This document shows, piece by piece, positions 62,466 through 64,000 of a DNA stretch of 64,000 bases. The stretch covers positions 1 to 64,000 of the forward strand of contig JAHHIK010000006.1 of assembly GCA_019358935.1 (NCBI GenBank). The letters run 5' to 3'. Source of the DNA: Tolypothrix carrinoi HA7290-LM1. Lineage in GTDB: Bacteria; Cyanobacteriota; Cyanobacteriia; Cyanobacteriales; Nostocaceae. The translations under genes and the position numbers were made by a program. The notes under the pieces are model-generated. The model did no database searches. It was not told where the DNA came from and saw only the letters and a list, made by a program, of their open reading frames with translations. Position 1 is the stretch's first letter; each line of letters opens with the position of its first letter.

Positions 62466-62897
62466 TTAAACAGTGATATCTACAAGTTCGATATCGAAGA
62501 TTAAATCTTCTCCAGCTAATGGATGATTTGCATCTAAAGTAATTGTAGAATCAGAGATATTAGTGATCGTCACCGGAATAATTTGTCCAGAGGGTTGCTG
62601 AATTTGTAACTGCTGACCTACTTCTGGTTCCATTTCCGGGGGCATTTGGTCGCGTTCAACTTCTACTACCATTTCTGGACGATGTGAACCGTAAGCTTCC
62701 TCTACGGGGATTTTTGTAGTTTTTGATTCGCCAGTATTCATCCCCAAAACTGCCTGTTCAAATCCAGGAATGATTTCTCCTGCACCTATGGTGAACTGCA
62801 AAGGGTCACGCTCAGTAGAAGAATCAAATACTGTGCCATCTGTCAATTTGCCTGTGTAGTGAACCATTACAGTATCACCATTTTTTGCTTGTGCCAT
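62466..62897 (-). CDS. FKBP-type peptidyl-prolyl isomerase (SlyD/SlpA-like)
   Basis: VHYTGKL.DG.VFDSS, IIPGFE, DANHPLAGEDL.FDIEL. Confidence 0.92.
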   Translation of the reverse strand: MAQAKNGDTVMVHYTGKLTDGTVFDSSTERDPLQFTIGAGEIIPGFEQAVLGMNTGESKTTKIPVEEAYGSHRPEMVVEVERDQMPPEMEPEVGQQLQIQQPSGQIIPVTITNISDSTITLDANHPLAGEDLIFDIELVDITV

Positions 62898-63149
62898 TAA
62901 TTTTCTCCTGAGATTTTTTAGTAAGGAAAGCGTTGACGTATAAAGATACCATCTTAACGACCGAATATCCGGTAAGCGGTGGTTTATTTGACATCCAACG
63001 CTGACTTTCCTCATTAAAGGGTATAAGCGACTTGCAATGAAAAAAGTCCGCCAATTGGCAGACAATGTTTGCATGTCTATCCTGCGTGATGATTAAGAAA
63101 CTATATGCCGTGCAGTAGTTGACTAATCGCTTGTGAGTGTATTAAAAAA

Positions 63150-63893
63150 CTAAAATTTCTCTACAGCAGGTCGCAAATCAAGTTCTAAAGTCCAAGCGGT
63201 AGCATCTTGGTTGTAGAGTTGCCAATAATTTTGCGCGTAGACGCGGAGCGGCTTGTCGTCAGACATCGCCTCTGGTGAAAGTAGTGTGTGTTCTTCCCTT
63301 TGTGATGCCATTCTCCGCACTCTTTCGGTGTTAATCATACCATCAATGACGATATGAGCCACATGAATTCCTTGGGGACCAAATTCCCTTGCCAAGGACT
63401 GCGCGAGCGCTCTCAAGCCGAATTTACCCACCGCTAAAGCAGAAAACCTCGCAGAACCTTTAAGTGCAGCAGTCGCACCGGTTAATAAAATAGTTCCTCT
63501 ACCTTGTTCCACCATTGCGGGTAAAACTTGCTGTGCGGCAACAAAAGCGCCAAAACAATTCACTTTCCAGCTATTCTCAAATTGCTCTGGTGTAAGTTCT
63601 AGAATACCAGCCATTTGAAAAGCTCCGGCATTATAAACTAGAACTTCGGGCGCATCAAGTTGCGATTTTATCTGTGCAAAGGCATCTTTGATAGATGCAG
63701 CGTCAGTCACATCAGCCGGAAAAATCAACGCTGTCCCATTAGCAGCTTGAATTTCGCTTTGAATTTCGGTAAGTTGGTCAGCGTTTCTGGCAATCAATCC
63801 GACAGCAAAATTTTCACTTGCAAATTTATGAGCGATCGCACTTCCCAATCCAGGACCTGTGCCGACAACTACTGCAACTTTGAAACGGCTCAT
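63150..63893 (-). CDS. Short-chain dehydrogenase/reductase
   Basis: GTGPGLG, YNAG, TGATA, KFGLRALAQSLARE. Carries a 27-bp in-frame insert. Confidence 0.9.
   Translation of the reverse strand: MSRFKVAVVVGTGPGLGSAIAHKFASENFAVGLIARNADQLTEIQSEIQAANGTALIFPADVTDAASIKDAFAQIKSQLDAPEVLVYNAGAFQMAGILELTPEQFENSWKVNCFGAFVAAQQVLPAMVEQGRGTILLTGATAALKGSARFSALAVGKFGLRALAQSLAREFGPQGIHVAHIVIDGMINTERVRRMASQREEHTLLSPEAMSDDKPLRVYAQNYWQLYNQDATAWTLELDLRPAVEKF
63238..63264. mobile_element. 27-bp small dispersed repeat inserted in a HIP1 site
   Basis: Minus strand GCGAT[GTCTGACGACAAGCCGCTCCGCGTCTA]CGC; removing it restores GCGATCGC. Confidence 0.88.
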
Positions 63894-64000
63894 GTTAGGC
63901 TCCTAAAACGCTACACTCTTAAACTACCATTGCAGCCAGGACTTCAAGTGTTGCAAGCAAAGTTTTCAGCTTGACATTTCAAGCGATCGCCATATCTCTA

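Noticed and set aside
1..64000. tRNA or rRNA genes
   Set aside because: None recognised by eye. A tRNAscan-SE/Infernal run is needed to exclude small RNAs.

Overview
Chromosomal window from a filamentous, probably heterocyst-forming (Nostocales-type) cyanobacterium: dense HIP1 octamers (GCGATCGC), heptamer STRR arrays, petN, pex and ycf46. The backbone is mostly housekeeping: aat, rpsN, nth, rseP, serS, pex, ccb1-like, sbcC, the rpmH-rnpA-PH-yidC-jag-yceD-ycf46 cluster, pntA1A2B, petN and ftsH. Main findings: (1) An AT-rich long prokaryotic Argonaute (37550-39931, minus strand) has a D-E-D-N tetrad and a MID pocket lacking the usual 5'-phosphate residues, resembling the MpAgo 5'-OH-guide type. 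The two ORFs in the track are one reading frame split by an in-frame ~189-bp hairpin insertion carrying a single TGA. (2) An IS607-like element appears to be inserted in ftsX at the left edge. (3) 24-27-bp micro-elements sit in HIP1 sites, two of them adding the same peptide (MSDDKPLRVY) to unrelated proteins. (4) A 19-unit, 21-bp tandem array of two palindrome-centred unit types lies at 52564-52971. (5) A small divergent gene cassette interrupts yceD-ycf46. All family calls come from motif recognition by eye; no searches were run.
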